Shown here: in pieces, positions 62,012 through 64,000 of the stretch
How the letters are laid out: every line of letters begins with the position of its first letter
Position numbering within the stretch: the first letter of the stretch is position 1
IMG/VR virus record: IMGVR_UViG_3300045988_158927
Location: 1 to 64,000 of that record
Origin: a virus
DNA length: 64,000 nucleotides
Strand: one strand, 5' to 3'
Made by a program: the position numbers and the translations under genes
Notes under the pieces: generated by a model
Database searches by the model: none
The model's input: only the letters and a program-made list of their open reading frames with translations
What the model was told of the DNA's origin: nothing

Positions 62012-62824
62012 ATGGCAATTACTGTCTCTCACTCGGCCGTCAAAGAAAAGCGCGACGTGCCGAAACGCGAACGCCTCGGCAGCCAATGGGACGGCCTGAA
62101 TACAAACCTGCTGGCGACGTTCTTTGAAGTCGAGAAGGTGGGCAGCGAGTACAAGCGCAAAGAGGGCCTGTATGTAGTTGCGCCGCTCACGGATGCGAGC
62201 TGCGAACTCACCCAAAACTGGACATCGCCCTTTGAGCAATCCGGCGTAGACCAAAGCGCCCCCTACCTGACCGCCATGCTTCAGACTGGCGGGCTTTCGC
62301 AAGTGGTGGACGCGGTGGGATCGGCCCTTGGATTCGAGGGAGACGGCGGGATGGCGAACGAGGCGCTCAAGCAGGCGCAAGGCCGGTCAAGCGTGACGAA
62401 GCTTAACAGCACGCAAATTTTCAGCGGGATGCCACCGGTCAAATTCAGCGTAACGGCCCTTTTCCGGGCGTGGTCGAATGCCCGGGATGAGGTCGAGCGC
62501 CCCATGGAAAAACTCGTGGAATGGTCCCTGCCGAAGGCCATCGTCAACGAAGGAACCCTGATCGAACGGGGGGTTCAAATCCAGAAAGGCAGCGCCGATT
62601 GGTGGTCGGCCATCATGCCCAGCAAGGCCCCTTGTCTGGTAGGAATGACGTACAAGGGGCGCACTTGGATGCCCATGGTCATCGAATCAATCAGCATCCC
62701 GATTGCGTCCAACGTGACGGGTTCCGGGGAGTTTGTAGAGCTGGCAATCCCGATGACGCTGGCCACGCTGACGGCTATTGACGCGAAAGACTGGACGGCT
62801 ACGAGCGTCAATCATGGCCGATAG
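62012..62824 (+). CDS. probable virion structural protein
   Basis: RBS GAGGAAG then ATG at 62012; the track start at 61925 lies inside the terminator. 270 aa, beta-rich. Function unassigned. Confidence 0.5.
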   Translation: MAITVSHSAVKEKRDVPKRERLGSQWDGLNTNLLATFFEVEKVGSEYKRKEGLYVVAPLTDASCELTQNWTSPFEQSGVDQSAPYLTAMLQTGGLSQVVDAVGSALGFEGDGGMANEALKQAQGRSSVTKLNSTQIFSGMPPVKFSVTALFRAWSNARDEVERPMEKLVEWSLPKAIVNEGTLIERGVQIQKGSADWWSAIMPSKAPCLVGMTYKGRTWMPMVIESISIPIASNVTGSGEFVELAIPMTLATLTAIDAKDWTATSVNHGR

Positions 62825-62847
62825 ACTGCACAAAACATAGGCAATTC

Positions 62848-62871
62848 AGCCCGCCGAGTGCGGGCTTTTTT
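62848..62871 (+). terminator. rho-independent terminator
   Basis: AGCCCGC-cgagt-GCGGGCT followed by TTTTT. Confidence 0.85.
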
Positions 62872-62946
62872 GTGCCCGTCGCCGGCATCATCCGCAACGA
62901 TTGGCGACGATTGGCTATGAGTGGGCAATCACGATAAGCAATGTTA

Positions 62947-63315
62947 GAAAATTGGCGGTAATTTTTCCTACCCCCCTCCCCCGGGGTGCATTTAACAGGT
63001 GTAACAATTGGCGGTAAATTTTCAGTCGTGAGTTCAACATGAGTTCAACGTATACTCAATATGAGTTCAACGTTAGTTCATCGTTGCGTAACATGTCCAA
63101 AAGAACAAGAAAATTGGCGGTAAATTTCCGCTCAACGTGGTAAATGAGAACGATTCTCGTGTGTCTCACAAGATTTAAATAATTCTTGAAAAATTACCGC
63201 CAATTTTTCTCTCATGTTTGGGAACGTTCGTTATACGATTAAGCCGAAAAACGGGGGTTTTTCTCATCTTTCGCAACGTTGAACTCTTTCCTGAAAAATT
63301 ACCGCCAATTTTTAC
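62947..63315. repeat. iteron set, copy 2: three forward and two inverted 20-mers
   Basis: Forward at 62947-62967, 63005-63023 and 63109-63129. Inverted at 63188-63209 and 63293-63315. Confidence 0.9.
63028..63082 (+). repeat. five tandem 11-bp units, consensus (A/G)TGAGTTCAAC
   Basis: GTGAGTTCAAC ATGAGTTCAAC GTATACTCAAT ATGAGTTCAAC GTTAGTTCATC. Confidence 0.85.
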
Positions 63316-63842
63316 ATATGTTAAATCGAATTGTTAAACGAGTGTTTATGCGGTTCTTCAGGCGTCGGACACAAAATTTAACGTTGTTAAAAAGTATTTT
63401 CCGAATTTCTATTTTTTTCTGTCGTGAGGGTCAGATATGAAAAAAGGTTTTTTTGAATAGACCCCTATATATATAAGGGGGAGAAATTAGGGAAATTGCC
63501 CCGAGCCCCCCCCCGGAAGCGCGCACGGATGGGGCGTCTCTCACCCCGGGGGGAGGGGGGGGGAATATTGCCGGCGAATTACGGAGGGGGTAGGAAAAAT
63601 TCGGGGAAATTAGAGCAGGAATTTCCGGGCCGTGCGATGGCCTCGGGGAGGTCTGCCAGAGGAACGGGCGATGGGGCGGAAGCCCCTACTCTGGAAGAGA
63701 CCGCCGACGCATCGATGCCGGACCTGCTGGCGCGTGTCTGTCCACGTCATCCGTCTGTAGCTTGTGAGGCACGTTGGGTTGACGGCAGGCCGGGTACTAG
63801 AGAGAATGCAGCCATCCCACACACAAGCCGATGAGGCCAACC

Positions 63843-64000
63843 ATGAACAAGCCGTCCCTTTCCTACCTGCCCGCCTGTATGTCTTTCCGGACCCTTCGCG
63901 CCAAGAGCGACGCCTACCTGATCGGATTCCTTGGGGGCTTCGATGACGTGGACGCCATCCGTGCGGCGCTGGCGAAGTTTCGCGGCGCTTCCTATGTCCA
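63843..64000 (+). CDS. hypothetical protein, C-terminus outside the window
   Basis: RBS GAGG 6 nt before the ATG. MNKPSLSYLPACMSFRTLRAKSDAYLIGFLGGFDDVDAIRAALAKFRGASYV..., open to the window end. Confidence 0.5.
   Translation, partial: MNKPSLSYLPACMSFRTLRAKSDAYLIGFLGGFDDVDAIRAALAKFRGASYV

Larger units (their letters stand above)
62947..63575. promoter_or_regulatory. noncoding iteron/AT-rich/G-tract module, copy 2 (diverged paralogue of 19689-20340)
   Basis: Same order of elements as copy 1. It includes identical blocks of 33 nt (63154-63186 = 19917-19949) and 26 nt (63189-63214 = 19952-19977). Confidence 0.6.

Noticed and set aside
62940-63840. Possibility that the two modules are terminal repeats or an artefact of a circular genome being wrapped in the window.
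   Set aside because: The copies differ by many substitutions and indels, and their flanks are unrelated. A wrap or direct terminal repeat would be identical.

Overview
The whole window reads as tailed-phage or prophage DNA from a Gram-negative host. This rests on sigma70-like promoters, lipobox lipoproteins and an Rz/Rz1-type spanin pair. All family calls come from motif recognition by eye; no database search was run. Layout: (1) nt 2-11315 (+): a six-gene tail-fibre / receptor-binding cluster, with the first gene cut by the window edge. (2) nt 11349-19553 (-): an early/regulatory arm with an acidic protein, SSB, a PD-(D/E)XK nuclease, several HTH proteins and an AT-hook protein. It is interrupted by an oppositely oriented tube/hub/spike module at 13563-15979 (+). 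(3) nt 19689-20340: a noncoding module dense in iterons, of which a diverged second copy lies 43.2 kb away at 62947-63575. (4) nt 20639-26407 (+): replication genes, namely a primase-helicase-like 850-aa protein, an SF2 helicase whose P-loop is split by a 132-aa mini-intein, and a PriCT/Toprim-like protein. (5) nt 26.5-29.3 kb: promoter-equipped lipoprotein and secreted-protein morons. (6) nt 29.4-47.7 kb: many small translationally coupled genes. These include dUTPase, a P-loop NTPase, ThyX, a DUF1064-like nuclease, a spanin cassette, a degenerate C5-methyltransferase-like protein, a tandem array of about nine paralogous ~80-aa helical proteins (one with an in-frame TAA) and a run of tiny membrane proteins. 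(7) nt 47.7-62.8 kb: a Bet-type annealing protein, an XRE regulator with an operator, TerS and TerL, then a 2046-aa N6-methyltransferase + SNF2-helicase polyvalent (P1 DarB-like) protein with two associated proteins and three probable structural genes. I found no rRNA, tRNA, CRISPR array, integrase or transposase. No portal, major capsid or endolysin could be recognised.
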